Positions 48,280 through 58,930 are shown, counted from the stretch's first letter. The stretch: DNA of 64,000 bases from an uncultured Candidatus Saccharibacteria bacterium (GCA_964627085.1 CAZVIP010000002.1:4416-68415); one strand, 5' to 3'. Made by a program: numbers and translations. Notes: generated by a model from the letters alone, not told the origin.

Positions 48280-49188
48280 TTATTTCGCGGCAACCGCGTG
48301 AGTGTGAATGATTTTACTTACTTTAAAGTCTAACGCGTCGCCACCATCCTTGTAGAAGCGATTCTCAATCGGGGCAGACTTCACATTTTTAAACCCTGCG
48401 GACTCCAAGTCTGCCGAGATTAGCATGGGATAGAAATCTCTTTTTACAAGTTCGAGATAGCCTTGCGTCATCGACTCGATAAAAGACACTTCCTTACCCG
48501 GCTTCAGTATTCTGAAAAACTCTCTCAACACTTTTAAGATATCTATTGGATATTTGTATCCAAAACAGACAGAGACAGCATCGAAAGAATTGTCTGGAAA
48601 AAAATCCAGCTCACAGCCATCGGCCAATTGATCCAAATTACAGCAAATTCTTCTTGCATTCGGATAATCATATCGAAGCAAAGACTCTTCGCACCCATCG
48701 ATTGCCACCAGACTTCTTGCGGTTGAATGTCGGAAATATGTTCGGTGACCAGATAAGGCCTCAAGAACTGTCCCCACACTATACCTACTCGACAGCAAGT
48801 TTCTCACTGCATTTGTGTTGTAGGGGTCAAGATATTCTTTCATCGTCTGCGCCCCTTGAATCCATAACGCCCCTGGGGAGCGATAATCAACTTCTGGCAT
48901 TTGCAATATCTTTAGCTGATCAAGTATCTGCAGAACCGTCGGATGCTTAGAGTCCTTGTGGGTCAAATATGCTTCATGCAAGTTCAATGCCAATTGTTTT
49001 GCCGCAGGGACATCATCCAAGTGAACACTGAAATTGAAGAGCATGGGGTTTTCGATCATCCAATCAACATAATCGAAGTTGCGTGGGTCTAGTTCTGTGA
49101 GACTAGGTAGGAAAACATTCCTCCTTTTATATTCTACAGGCACAGGTGCTACAGAGTCTGTGACTTCATGATATGTAACCATGTTCAA
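48280..49188 (-). CDS. SAM-dependent methyltransferase-domain protein (Methyltransf_11-like)
   Basis: C-terminal FDAVSVCFGYKYPIDILKVLREFFRILKPG; GC-rich. Confidence 0.5.
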   Translation of the reverse strand: MNMVTYHEVTDSVAPVPVEYKRRNVFLPSLTELDPRNFDYVDWMIENPMLFNFSVHLDDVPAAKQLALNLHEAYLTHKDSKHPTVLQILDQLKILQMPEVDYRSPGALWIQGAQTMKEYLDPYNTNAVRNLLSSRYSVGTVLEALSGHRTYFRHSTARSLVAIDGCEESLLRYDYPNARRICCNLDQLADGCELDFFPDNSFDAVSVCFGYKYPIDILKVLREFFRILKPGKEVSFIESMTQGYLELVKRDFYPMLISADLESAGFKNVKSAPIENRFYKDGGDALDFKVSKIIHTHAVAAK

Positions 49189-49402
49189 ATCTCCTTTCTA
49201 TTGATTGAGTTAATGGTTTTACGAAAAAGAACAACGGTAACTTTATATCATAAAAAATAGATGTTGTCCAATGTTTTAAACCCTTTAAGCAAGAAATATG
49301 CAGACAGATTAAAGTCAGAAAATAATTGCATTGAATGTAAAATTATAGCACCACATATAAATTGCATCTTTTTGCACAGACCCTACCTACAATAAATTGT
49401 AA

Positions 49403-50395
49403 TTGATGTATACTGTTTCGATTATGATTATGACAATATTTTTACTTATTATTGGTTTTGTTTTTCTTATCAAAGGTGCAGACCTGCTTGTTGATGGATC
49501 TTCATCGGTTGCCAAACGGTTTGGAATCTCAGACTTAGTAATTGGCCTCACAGTTGTTGCATTTGGTACCTCAGCACCAGAGCTGATCGTCAATCTTGTC
49601 TCTGCCATACAAGGTAATTCAGAAATTGCAATCGGAAATATTCTGGGGAGTAATATCGCAAACATCCTCCTTATACTTGGTGTCACTGCAATAATCTTTC
49701 CACTCGCTGTCCAAAAAACAACAATATGGAAAGAGATACCTTTTGCCCTATTGGCAGTCCTCGTGCTCGGCGTTATGTCAAATGACATTCTCTTCAGTGC
49801 CCAAAGTGAATCCTTTGTTTCTCTAGGCGACGGACTAATACTTATCGGTTTATTTATAGTATTCATGTACTATATTTTTGGATCGGCAAAAAATGGAGAC
49901 AACACCGAGGACGACGAAGGTGCAGACGCAGTCAAAAGCCTAAGCACAGGAAAATCATTCTTCTATATAATTGGAGGACTTACAGCGCTGGTAATTGGTG
50001 GAAAATGGGTTGTGGATAGTGCTGTCATTCTCGCAAGCCTTGTTGGTATGAGTCAATCTGTCATCGGGCTCACAGTTGTAGCTGTAGGTACCTCGCTACC
50101 AGAATTTGCAACTTCTATCGCAGCTGCCTTTAAGAAAAAAGCTGACATCGCAATTGGAAATGTAGTCGGATCAAATATATTCAATATTTTCTTTATCCTT
50201 GGTGTAACCTCGGTCATCTCACCTCTCCCGTTTTTACCTGCAAGTAACTTTGACGTCATAGCAACAATCATCACAACAACACTCTTGTTTGCATGGATGT
50301 TTATTGGAAAAAAACACAAACTCGAGAGATGGCAAGGCGTCGTATTTGTTCTCCTTTATGTCGTATATGTCATCCTATTGCTCACACAACGATAG
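49403..50395 (+). CDS. CaCA family Na+/Ca2+ exchanger (YrbG-like)
   Basis: Two alpha-repeats GTSAPELIVN..GNILGSNIANILLILG and GTSLPEFATS..GNVVGSNIFNIFFILG. Confidence 0.8.
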   Translation: MMYTVSIMIMTIFLLIIGFVFLIKGADLLVDGSSSVAKRFGISDLVIGLTVVAFGTSAPELIVNLVSAIQGNSEIAIGNILGSNIANILLILGVTAIIFPLAVQKTTIWKEIPFALLAVLVLGVMSNDILFSAQSESFVSLGDGLILIGLFIVFMYYIFGSAKNGDNTEDDEGADAVKSLSTGKSFFYIIGGLTALVIGGKWVVDSAVILASLVGMSQSVIGLTVVAVGTSLPEFATSIAAAFKKKADIAIGNVVGSNIFNIFFILGVTSVISPLPFLPASNFDVIATIITTTLLFAWMFIGKKHKLERWQGVVFVLLYVVYVILLLTQR

Positions 50396-50686
50396 GTCAT
50401 TACATACTAAATTGGCAAACTCTACTCAATAAACCCACAAACATCCAACTGCAATATTCTTAGATCACGAGCTGTATTAAATTTTCTTGTATAAAAATTA
50501 CTATTTGTCTTGGTGGTTAGACAAATCATACCATCAGTGTCCTTCAATAAAATTTTGACAGTTGGTCGATCAGAGAGTTGTTTGGTCTCATGTATTTCTC
50601 TATTCGGAAATACATCCTTATGTTGGATTTCAAAATTAAGTTCGGTCATATATCTATATTGTAGCAGACATCAAGTATTAACCAGA

Positions 50687-51121
50687 CTAATTTGAAGCTT
50701 CGACCGCTTTCTTAAAATTATTCAAAATGCTTTGCCAGCCATCTTTCTGCATTTCTTCGGGGTTTTGATTTTCCGGATCAAATATTTCTGTGACCTTGAC
50801 CTTACCATCTCCTATGTCACTGAATAATACTTCGCAGGCTCGCGCTTCTGTTTCATTTATATCTTTTGACATGACATAACTTATTTTTTCAAATTCTTTG
50901 ACTTCCGTATAAGTTCCAGAAAAATCAAAAGAAAAACTCTTATCTTTCGCTGACATTCGTGTGACAAATTTTCCGCCAACAACCAAATTATTTTCAGCAT
51001 GCGGACATTCCCAGTCATCACTCGCAAATGCCCATAATGTTATTAATTCAGGTTCATTCCAAAATTTCCACGCTTTTTCTAAACTGCAGTTAACAATAAC
51101 TTCTACTTGGATTTTATTCAT
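50687..51121 (-). CDS. SRPBCC superfamily protein (Aha1/activator-of-Hsp90-ATPase-like)
   Basis: 144 aa; VNCSLEKAWKFWNEPELITLW..KFVTRMSAKD pattern. Confidence 0.55.
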   Translation of the reverse strand: MNKIQVEVIVNCSLEKAWKFWNEPELITLWAFASDDWECPHAENNLVVGGKFVTRMSAKDKSFSFDFSGTYTEVKEFEKISYVMSKDINETEARACEVLFSDIGDGKVKVTEIFDPENQNPEEMQKDGWQSILNNFKKAVEASN

Positions 51122-51175
51122 TATATTATTTTATATATTAATAGTGGGATAAAGGCACGTCTTTGGTGTTGTGAG

Positions 51176-51247
51176 GTGTCTTTAGACGACGATTTGTGTC
51201 CCTTGTTTTTAAGTGTCTTTAGGTACCGATTTGTGTCCCTTTTTTTA
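51176..51247. repeat. tandem direct repeat, 2 x ~37 bp (gtgtctttag..cgatttgtgtccctt(g)ttttt)
   Basis: Two adjacent near-identical units in the intergenic region between the VOC and SRPBCC genes. Confidence 0.75.
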
Positions 51248-51673
51248 TTTTTCGGGAGCGAATTCAATTATCCATTCAATGCCGTATTTATCTCGAAGCA
51301 TTCCACTATATGTACCCCACGGACTATCACCCATTGGACCTTCTACTGCACCGCCCGCTGATAGACCATTGAATATTCTTTCTGCCTCTTCTTTAGTCTC
51401 AGTATTTATCAAAATTTTACTTCTATTTTCATTTTCATTCACACGTCCCATGAATTCAGGCACATCGTTTGCGATGAGCATATTGTTTTTTCCTAGGGGC
51501 AAAGAGATATACATAATTTTGTCTTCCTCTTTTTCAGGAACCGTAAATTCATCACTCGCTAAATCTTTGAAGCGCACAATCTTTGTAAACTCCCCACCGA
51601 AAATTGATTTATAAAACGTAAAAGCCTCCTCCGCATTTCCATTAAAGTTGATCCAAGGGTGTATCGTTGTCAT
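51245..51673 (-). CDS. VOC/glyoxalase-family protein (PhnB-like)
   Basis: 142 aa; IHPWINFNGNAEEAFTFYKSIFG...GIEWII. Confidence 0.6.
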   Translation of the reverse strand: MTTIHPWINFNGNAEEAFTFYKSIFGGEFTKIVRFKDLASDEFTVPEKEEDKIMYISLPLGKNNMLIANDVPEFMGRVNENENRSKILINTETKEEAERIFNGLSAGGAVEGPMGDSPWGTYSGMLRDKYGIEWIIEFAPEK

Positions 51674-51726
51674 GTATGTACGATATCAAATTCGAGGGGT
51701 TTGATAAAGGGGTTGTTTTTACAATT

Positions 51727-52188
51727 TTATTTCAGAGCATTAACCAAATTTTTTGACTGTTGAGCCAGCTCAAATGACTGAACATCTGTTTCAGGGATAA
51801 ATTCTTCACAAGAGTAATATTTTGCTTGCTCATTTCGCGGGGCTGTTTCATCAATTACAACTTCATACACAAGAACAAGAGCGTAAAACCATTCAATACC
51901 TCTGGTATTTTCAAACTTATGCGTCCAGGCAAACGAAGGGTTTGCTGCAACCTGCACAACTTTGTACCCAAGTTCTTCCCAGACCTCCCTTATTAGACCA
52001 GCTCTAATGTCCTCCCCAAAATCAAGTCCTCCACCTGGAAGCTCGTGCGCGCCCGATGGTTTTTTAATAAATAAAATTTTTCCATCTTTCTTATAAAACG
52101 CTTTTACAGCAACTCGATAGAAACTATCAGGAAAATCCTTTGATGCAGCAACTTTGTGTTCTTCTGGATTGGTATTACCATCTTTCAT
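51727..52188 (-). CDS. NUDIX hydrolase
   Basis: NUDIX box GGGLDFGEDIRAGLIREVWEELGY. Confidence 0.75.
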   Translation of the reverse strand: MKDGNTNPEEHKVAASKDFPDSFYRVAVKAFYKKDGKILFIKKPSGAHELPGGGLDFGEDIRAGLIREVWEELGYKVVQVAANPSFAWTHKFENTRGIEWFYALVLVYEVVIDETAPRNEQAKYYSCEEFIPETDVQSFELAQQSKNLVNALK

Positions 52189-52345
52189 GTATTTATCATA
52201 GCATAATACTTATTGTGCCCGATAGAAAAGACTTTGCATGCCTTAGCTTAGAAAACCACGGGGGTATTTCTTGCTTCTTAGGACAAGCAACAATGAGGAG
52301 AGTAAAAAAGTGGCAAAATGAGTTTGAAGAGTGTGAATCTCAAAA

Positions 52346-55300
52346 CTACAACACTTTCTTTGCTAAAAGCTCATTTATCTTTAATCGTGTTTTTGGACCA
52401 ACTATTCCATATCCTTGTTCTCTTGGACTCTTGACTACACCAAATTTTAGCTGGAATTTCTGAATAGCGCCCTTGGTTGCAGGGCCGAAGAAATCTGTCT
52501 CCTTTCCTGGTGACCCTACTCCTGCCGAAGCAATCTTTAGATCAGGAAAAGCATTAAGAAGTCTTTGTATAATCTTAATTTCTGGTGAATTCTTCCCTTG
52601 TGACTGGAGACTTGTGATGACGGCTCCAGATCCGATAATATTTCCAATACCACCTTGGTTCTGTCCGTTGTTCGCAGCTGTTGGATTTTGCGGAGACACC
52701 ACAGCCTTATTACCAAATATAGCCTGTAACTCTGAACTTGAAAGAGTTGATGCAGAAACCGCACTTCGTGATCCTGGTACAGGTGTATTAACGACTGGAT
52801 CCGTAGACACACTACCTGGTAATGCAGCAGTTGTGAAAACAGCATCACTTGTTGTCGAAATATTTTGAAGAAGTCTCGAAGCGAGTATACGATAATGATA
52901 TGTAGTCGAAGGAGAAAGACCAGAAAGCGATACAGAGTGAGTAGTATGACCAGTCGAAGTAGAAACAGTGCCATATGAAGTTGTCAGACCATATGCAATT
53001 GATGATGACGCATTGATATCAGTAGTCCAATTGATAGTAGCTGTTGTTGTACTTACATCAATACTTCCTCCAGTGATCATCGGGAGAATACCGTCGACAA
53101 CCAAGTTTTTACTCGCAGCAAGATTTGTGGCCGGTGCAAAGTTCGACATACTATTTCCATTTTGGTCTGAAATAGTACCTGATATTGATAGTGTAGTCAG
53201 ATCTGCTGATGTGTCCCCTCCTTGGACCACATAGTCGCATGTCGCGGTAGTAGAATTAGATACCGTAAATACACATGTCCGATCAGTAGTACCAGTCTCA
53301 AGTGTCACTGTGACATCACCTGTCGATGTCACTGCCTCAGAAAATCCTATGTCAATATCAATTGTATCCCCAATCTTATAGGTACCATTCGTAGCACTAG
53401 ATGAGACCGTGCTAATTGTCGGGGCAGTAAAATCTGTATTTATAGTAAATGTACGAGCTGTTGATGTAGAAGTATTACCCAATGAATCAGTTACACTCAC
53501 ATACATATTGTATGTACCATCAGAAAGACCGCTAAATGTATTACGTACACCATATGAAGTAGTTCGCCATACAGACCAATAATCAGCTTCGGTTGCTACA
53601 TATAGATAATCTCCAGTACCATCCCATGTTATACCTTCTGGCATTTCAAACAAGAAGTTACTACCACTATCTGCACGGGCATAAACTTTCTTTTCTCTCA
53701 AAACAGAACACGATGATGTACTTGTAACATCGATTTCAAACATTTTATCTGCTATATGAGAAAGAACATAGAGATGATTGTTGGTAGGTTCAAAATACAA
53801 ACCAGATATGTCGGAATATCCAGGACTCGCTGGGAATAGTGATGCATCATTCAATGTAAGTGTTGCAAAATTAATATTAGTACATATTTGTGTACTAGCT
53901 GCACTGTTGGTAGAAATGTTACCTGGTACAACTTCGTACAATTTTGGAGTTCCAGGCACACCTGCACTACTCTCTTGTCCTTCTGCAGCAGCAAAGAAAT
54001 ATCCATTATTTGAATTATACGCCACACCTTCCAATCCACTATTTGTGACAGCTCCACTACTAATACCAGTTGAATAATATTTAGTTCGGTTTACAGTCGC
54101 AGCACCTGTCGAGTGAATAACAACTTGAAATACCTGATGATTCAATGTGTTGACGTCCTCAGTCGAAATCAAGAATGTATGATCATATCCTCCAACTGTA
54201 GTAGAAGCCACACTTGAAACCAATGTTATATCTTCGGCATCATTACAAGCAGAACAGGTTATTGTTCTCACATTCACACCGGCTCGCGTCACTTCATGGA
54301 TTACGTTTTGATTATTGTGAATTGTGAACAATGTATCTGTAGTTGGCACATATGCAACACCAGATAAGTCCCCGGTTATAGAAAGATTTTGTTTGTTTGT
54401 AGTTGTAGAGAGCGCAGAGATATCATAGTTACCATATCTTGTTGATGTGGTTGCTTGCGAAACAAGAGTACCACCCGATGTCTCAAGTCGAAATGTAAAA
54501 TATGAAGGCGTTATTGATGAACCAAGTGTCGTAGAAGCATACCCTGTAACAGATCCAGATGTTGTAGAAAAACCATTACCGATCATCGGACTTGTGAAGG
54601 TCATCAAGTACGACGGTGTCGTAGTCGCCTGACTAGAGGTAGTACTTTCACTGACACCATTCAAACCAGCCACTCTAAAGTTATACACAGAACTGTTTGT
54701 AAGACCTGTCACCATAGTAGTTGTTCCAGTCGACACACCATCTGCAAATGTAGTCCAAGATGAATCCGACGAGAGCTTGTATTCTATTTTATAATCCGTA
54801 ACATCTCCTGAAGAAGCAGTCCATTGTAGGTAGGCTCGATTCTCATACGGCAAAGCTGTCAATCCGGTAGGTTGACCCGGAGCAGTCGGAGCACCTGTAG
54901 TGAGGGTCAAGTTAGACGACGTTGCGATATTTCCCAAAGTATCACGAGATACGATTTGAAAATTATATGTTATTCCACCAGTAAGACCTGTCAGAACTAC
55001 ACTGTGGCTCGTTGTCGCTGCGGCCAATGATGTTGAAGCCGACCCGTAACTTGTAGTGAGTCCGTAATTGATAGATGAGGTCGCCAATTCATCTGTCGTC
55101 CATGTTATGGTCGCAGTAGTTTGTGACGTAGAAGATGCAATTGCTGATATAACAGGAGATGTTACATCTGGCTGGCTCTCTACAGTTCCGTAGGTATTAA
55201 ATGTATCTTGTCCAGAACTATATGATGCACTAATCCAATCAGCAGATCGAGCAACATTGGATACACGCAATTCATCCATTTGCCCATCTAGAAAACCATT

Positions 55301-56371
55301 ATTTAAAGCATTGTTTCGTCCAATATTGAGATTAACTGCAGTTGACTCCATACCACAAGCAGTAGTACTCGCCGTTGCCTGTACCACACCATTAACATAG
55401 AGCTTCATAGCATTTGATGTATTGTCATCCCAAGTAGCTACGACGTGATACCACCCTGCTGCAGCACTGACAACAGAATCACTTCTAATAATCGGAGAAT
55501 TTGCAGAAGGAAGTGTACACTCAATCTGGTATGTTATTTTTTCAATATTTGTTGAACCCGAAGTAGTATCAACATATACACGAAGCTCTCCATCATTAGC
55601 ACCTGATTTTACTCTTGAGAATAAATATCTATTACTCGCTGACACCGCAACGGAATCTATGTCAAACCAAAATTCAGCCGACCCATCAGGCATAGTTGTA
55701 GTTGGCCCTTCTAGCCCCTCATCAACATACTGACTTGTACCATTAAAATCTAATCCGCTACCGAATTTCCCAGTAACTGAATTTCCTGAGGCCATGGTAG
55801 ATGTAGCTGTTCCGTCCTTGTTGTTTGCAGAACTGTCTTGAAATTGCGGAGCTGATCCTGCAGGATTTTCAGACAAGTGCTGAACCATAGAATAACTAGA
55901 ATCCCAAACCCCAGTCGTAGTCGCATTACTGACAGTTGCGGGATTGTTGTAATACATATAGATATAATCGGCATCTGACGCTGCGACATTTGGCACCTTT
56001 GCCCAAATTACAGAAGTGCCAGATGTATCCCATTTTTCAATTTCATGGCTCAAAACAGTAGATCCACCCACATCAACAAATCGGACATCAGCCCCAGCAG
56101 GAAGAAAATCGGCATATGTCACACGAGAAGAATTGAGACTGACTAATATAGGAAAATCAGTGAGCGATCCACGTGCGGCATTTGAAAAAGTAATCTTGAT
56201 TCTCTTTTGCCATGCAGAGTTCCACCACGCATCATCAGCGAGCGCTGTTTTAGGTGTAAACATTCCTGAGATAGATGCAAAACATATAACAAGCAACAAG
56301 AATGCTGCGGCTAATATATTTACTGAGGAAAGGATTTTGTGTGATGGATTGGAAAGGGTTTTTTTATTCAT
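52346..56371 (-). CDS. giant (1341 aa) secreted surface protein: LamG-like jelly-roll, multiple FN3-like repeats, C-terminal peptidoglycan-binding domain
   Basis: Signal/TM; LYVNGVVQATAS..LDGQMDELRVSNVARSADW (LamG-like); repeated ATITWTTDE..SINYGLTTSYG modules; C-terminal IKIIQRLLNAFPDL..FGPATKGAIQKFQ. Confidence 0.75.
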   Translation of the reverse strand: MNKKTLSNPSHKILSSVNILAAAFLLLVICFASISGMFTPKTALADDAWWNSAWQKRIKITFSNAARGSLTDFPILVSLNSSRVTYADFLPAGADVRFVDVGGSTVLSHEIEKWDTSGTSVIWAKVPNVAASDADYIYMYYNNPATVSNATTTGVWDSSYSMVQHLSENPAGSAPQFQDSSANNKDGTATSTMASGNSVTGKFGSGLDFNGTSQYVDEGLEGPTTTMPDGSAEFWFDIDSVAVSASNRYLFSRVKSGANDGELRVYVDTTSGSTNIEKITYQIECTLPSANSPIIRSDSVVSAAAGWYHVVATWDDNTSNAMKLYVNGVVQATASTTACGMESTAVNLNIGRNNALNNGFLDGQMDELRVSNVARSADWISASYSSGQDTFNTYGTVESQPDVTSPVISAIASSTSQTTATITWTTDELATSSINYGLTTSYGSASTSLAAATTSHSVVLTGLTGGITYNFQIVSRDTLGNIATSSNLTLTTGAPTAPGQPTGLTALPYENRAYLQWTASSGDVTDYKIEYKLSSDSSWTTFADGVSTGTTTMVTGLTNSSVYNFRVAGLNGVSESTTSSQATTTPSYLMTFTSPMIGNGFSTTSGSVTGYASTTLGSSITPSYFTFRLETSGGTLVSQATTSTRYGNYDISALSTTTNKQNLSITGDLSGVAYVPTTDTLFTIHNNQNVIHEVTRAGVNVRTITCSACNDAEDITLVSSVASTTVGGYDHTFLISTEDVNTLNHQVFQVVIHSTGAATVNRTKYYSTGISSGAVTNSGLEGVAYNSNNGYFFAAAEGQESSAGVPGTPKLYEVVPGNISTNSAASTQICTNINFATLTLNDASLFPASPGYSDISGLYFEPTNNHLYVLSHIADKMFEIDVTSTSSCSVLREKKVYARADSGSNFLFEMPEGITWDGTGDYLYVATEADYWSVWRTTSYGVRNTFSGLSDGTYNMYVSVTDSLGNTSTSTARTFTINTDFTAPTISTVSSSATNGTYKIGDTIDIDIGFSEAVTSTGDVTVTLETGTTDRTCVFTVSNSTTATCDYVVQGGDTSADLTTLSISGTISDQNGNSMSNFAPATNLAASKNLVVDGILPMITGGSIDVSTTTATINWTTDINASSSIAYGLTTSYGTVSTSTGHTTHSVSLSGLSPSTTYHYRILASRLLQNISTTSDAVFTTAALPGSVSTDPVVNTPVPGSRSAVSASTLSSSELQAIFGNKAVVSPQNPTAANNGQNQGGIGNIIGSGAVITSLQSQGKNSPEIKIIQRLLNAFPDLKIASAGVGSPGKETDFFGPATKGAIQKFQLKFGVVKSPREQGYGIVGPKTRLKINELLAKKVL

Positions 56372-56547
56372 ATATTATATATAGCGAACTAGCCGAATAT
56401 TCACTCAATTCTAGCATTTTTTGACTTATATTTCCATTTCGTTTTCCCCTATCATAGAATCGAAGCAAGAGATGGATATACGTAGTTGTATGGACACAAC
56501 CTCGCAAGCAGCTCGCGTAAAGTGAATTATTCAATTTTAAAACCAAG

Positions 56548-57138
56548 CTATATATTTAAAGGCGAAAACAACTCCTTCAGTACCTTGTATTTTTCAGTGT
56601 CCAGTAGTGCCTCATACAAATCTGGAATGATTTCTTTTTCCATGAACTTTTCATTACGACCTATCTGCAAGAACTCATCGAAAGTGACAGGTTTTAGAGA
56701 TATTCTTTCCCCGCCATCTAATTCTTGATCTTTAACTTTTGTACACCCTTTTGCGATAAAGAAATATACCACCCAATCAATTTTTGATGCAGGATGCATT
56801 GCTTTCCATAAAATATATTCGGTAGCTTCATAGCCTGTTTCTTCGAGGAATTCTCGTTTTGCAGATTCGAGGACGTCTTCTCCTTCTTCCATACGACCTC
56901 CGCATGCGCCGATAAAGGGATCCTTACCCGGCTGTTCCTGTTCAGTCAGAAGAATTGTCCCATTGTCCAAAACCGGAAAAACGACAACTGTATCTGGTCT
57001 TTTTAATTTTTCAAAAACCTTGGTACTACCATCATACATAGGCTGTTCCCATTGGTAGATGTCAAATATTTTTCCTTTAAATACTTTTTCTGCATTCTCA
57101 GGTGACCTTTGTGTTGATTCCGGGCGTTCAATTTTCAT
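56548..57138 (-). CDS. NUDIX hydrolase (second)
   Basis: NUDIX box GACGGRMEEGEDVLESAKREFLEETGY. Confidence 0.75.
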   Translation of the reverse strand: MKIERPESTQRSPENAEKVFKGKIFDIYQWEQPMYDGSTKVFEKLKRPDTVVVFPVLDNGTILLTEQEQPGKDPFIGACGGRMEEGEDVLESAKREFLEETGYEATEYILWKAMHPASKIDWVVYFFIAKGCTKVKDQELDGGERISLKPVTFDEFLQIGRNEKFMEKEIIPDLYEALLDTEKYKVLKELFSPLNI

Positions 57139-57221
57139 CCCTAGATTATATCAAATACCCTAAACTTACATAAGATGGACCAAAACCTGACCACAACTAC
57201 TTACATTCATGTCTGTACTCA

Positions 57222-57431
57222 CTATTTCGTACTTATAAAACCAAAATAGAAAGTTGTAATAAATAATGCAAAATGAACAAATCCTCTATATAACAAAAAA
57301 TCTGGCGTCATAGTTTCAAATCCAAAGAAAAGAAAAGGGACACTTATATCAAGCCATGAAAAATACCAACTCGCTCCAGCTGTTACAAAAAATGCACCTG
57401 ATAAAAATTTAGAAACGTTTTTGTATATCAT
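57222..57431 (-). CDS. small membrane protein (69 aa)
   Basis: 2 TM segments; ORF only. Confidence 0.3.
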   Translation of the reverse strand: MIYKNVSKFLSGAFFVTAGASWYFSWLDISVPFLFFGFETMTPDFLLYRGFVHFALFITTFYFGFISTK

Positions 57432-57562
57432 GTTTATGCTTTATAGAGTACATCAAAGGTTAGGGCTTCTATTAAGGTAAAAAACACCTCACTTGCGCTT
57501 GGTGCTTTTTCTTATTTCTATACTTCGAGCTCAGGACAACACCCGAACCTGTATCATACACA

Positions 57563-57967
57563 CTAAGACAAAATAGTTTTTTCTTCTTTAATTACATATC
57601 CTTGGGTCGCTTCAACAAATTTAGGCTCACTAAGCATTTCTACAACTTTGTCGCTCGCAGAATATTTCAAAAGTTCGTTCGAATATTGAGGAGGTACACC
57701 TCTTGCGCACGAAAGTGTGATGTGAGGGAATTCATTTTCAGATTCAGAATTTTCAACCATCAAGACATCGCATTTTGCGTCGTAAGTTCTGCCCACTATC
57801 TTAAGTAAGACTTTCTCTCCAACCCTCAAACCACTCAGCGAGTCTGGTTTATATTTAATTGTTAAATGATGGCCGTATAAATTCTTATGTTTTGGAGGAA
57901 ACACAGAGAATAATTTATTTGGTTCGTCTATAAAATACCCAGTATAGTAGATGTTTGAGGCACTCAT
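57563..57967 (-). CDS. 2H phosphoesterase-like protein (LigT/cyclic phosphodiesterase superfamily), short form
   Basis: Two H-x-T/S-x motifs (HHLTIKY and PHITLSCA) at appropriate spacing; 134 aa. Confidence 0.45.
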   Translation of the reverse strand: MSASNIYYTGYFIDEPNKLFSVFPPKHKNLYGHHLTIKYKPDSLSGLRVGEKVLLKIVGRTYDAKCDVLMVENSESENEFPHITLSCARGVPPQYSNELLKYSASDKVVEMLSEPKFVEATQGYVIKEEKTILS

Positions 57968-58173
57968 TGAGATAAATTATATCAAGAAGCGGGGTTGGGT
58001 TCAAACTTCTATTGGGATAATAAAAAATACCTTTACAAGATAGGGGTACCTTACTGCTCCGAGAGTTAAATGATGTTAGAACCAATTTGTGTTTAGCATG
58101 AAAAACAAAACTCCGCCCACATAGCAGACAGAGTTTGCTTGAGATGAGCGGAGAAAAGAATCTTGGTTGAGTT

Positions 58174-58686
58174 TTAGATGTGAAAAGAGAGAAAGAGTTC
58201 ATCTTCACCTAACCACTCACTCCTAGCCCACCCAATGTGGGAACACCATTCTCTGGTTCCACTTAACATACCTAGACTGGGCATGTGCACGTCCCCTTGA
58301 TGATTTGGCAGGCTTTCCAATAAGTCACAGGTAACGATTGGTAGCTCAGGAAGAGCCTCCCTCATTTCGTTATTCATCCAGACCAGGATGAGCCCCCTGA
58401 CTCCAGGGAAAACATTTTTTTCAAGAGTTTTCAGATACTCAATCCGATCTCTCATGAAATGCATTGGTTCAGTGGAAGTTTTTTGATGAATCCTGACTTC
58501 AATTGACATACCTGGTTCCATTATAAAACTTTGGCAAGCAAAATTCTGATCGCTCCAGTGCTGACTGAGAGGCCTGGAAAATCTATGGCCATAAGTAGAT
58601 CGAAACGAGTCGACACATCTATTGCCAACGTAACCCGCAGGGACCCTGAGTGTCCCTAAGGACTTGGTGCTATAATACTTATTCAT
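58174..58686 (-). CDS. hypothetical protein (170 aa), GC-elevated
   Basis: ORF only. Confidence 0.4.
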   Translation of the reverse strand: MNKYYSTKSLGTLRVPAGYVGNRCVDSFRSTYGHRFSRPLSQHWSDQNFACQSFIMEPGMSIEVRIHQKTSTEPMHFMRDRIEYLKTLEKNVFPGVRGLILVWMNNEMREALPELPIVTCDLLESLPNHQGDVHMPSLGMLSGTREWCSHIGWARSEWLGEDELFLSFHI

Positions 58687-58896
58687 GATGTTTTGGGTGG
58701 TTGAAATAAAAAGAACGTGACGTATTTATACCACGTTCTTTTTGATTTGTCGAACCCCAGTAGGGATCGGTCACAGGTTCTTTTTGCTACGCAAAAAGCC
58801 CTGCCACCCCGCCTCCTCGTTTTGCTTCGTCGCTTTGCTCCTCACTGCAAAACTTCGTCCGGCTTTCTCACCCATTCGGTAGATTAGGCAAAAGAA

Positions 58897-58930
58897 AAAA
58901 GCCGAGCACTGTGTGCTGGCTTTTTTCTTT
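58897..58930. terminator. hairpin gccgagcac-tgt-gtgctggc with a T run (bidirectional)
   Basis: Inverted repeat flanked by A and T runs, upstream of the RhuM-like gene. Confidence 0.45.

Noticed and set aside
52473-56384. Several plus-strand ORFs (60-131 aa) opposite the 1341-aa gene
   Set aside because: Shadow ORFs within the giant CDS.
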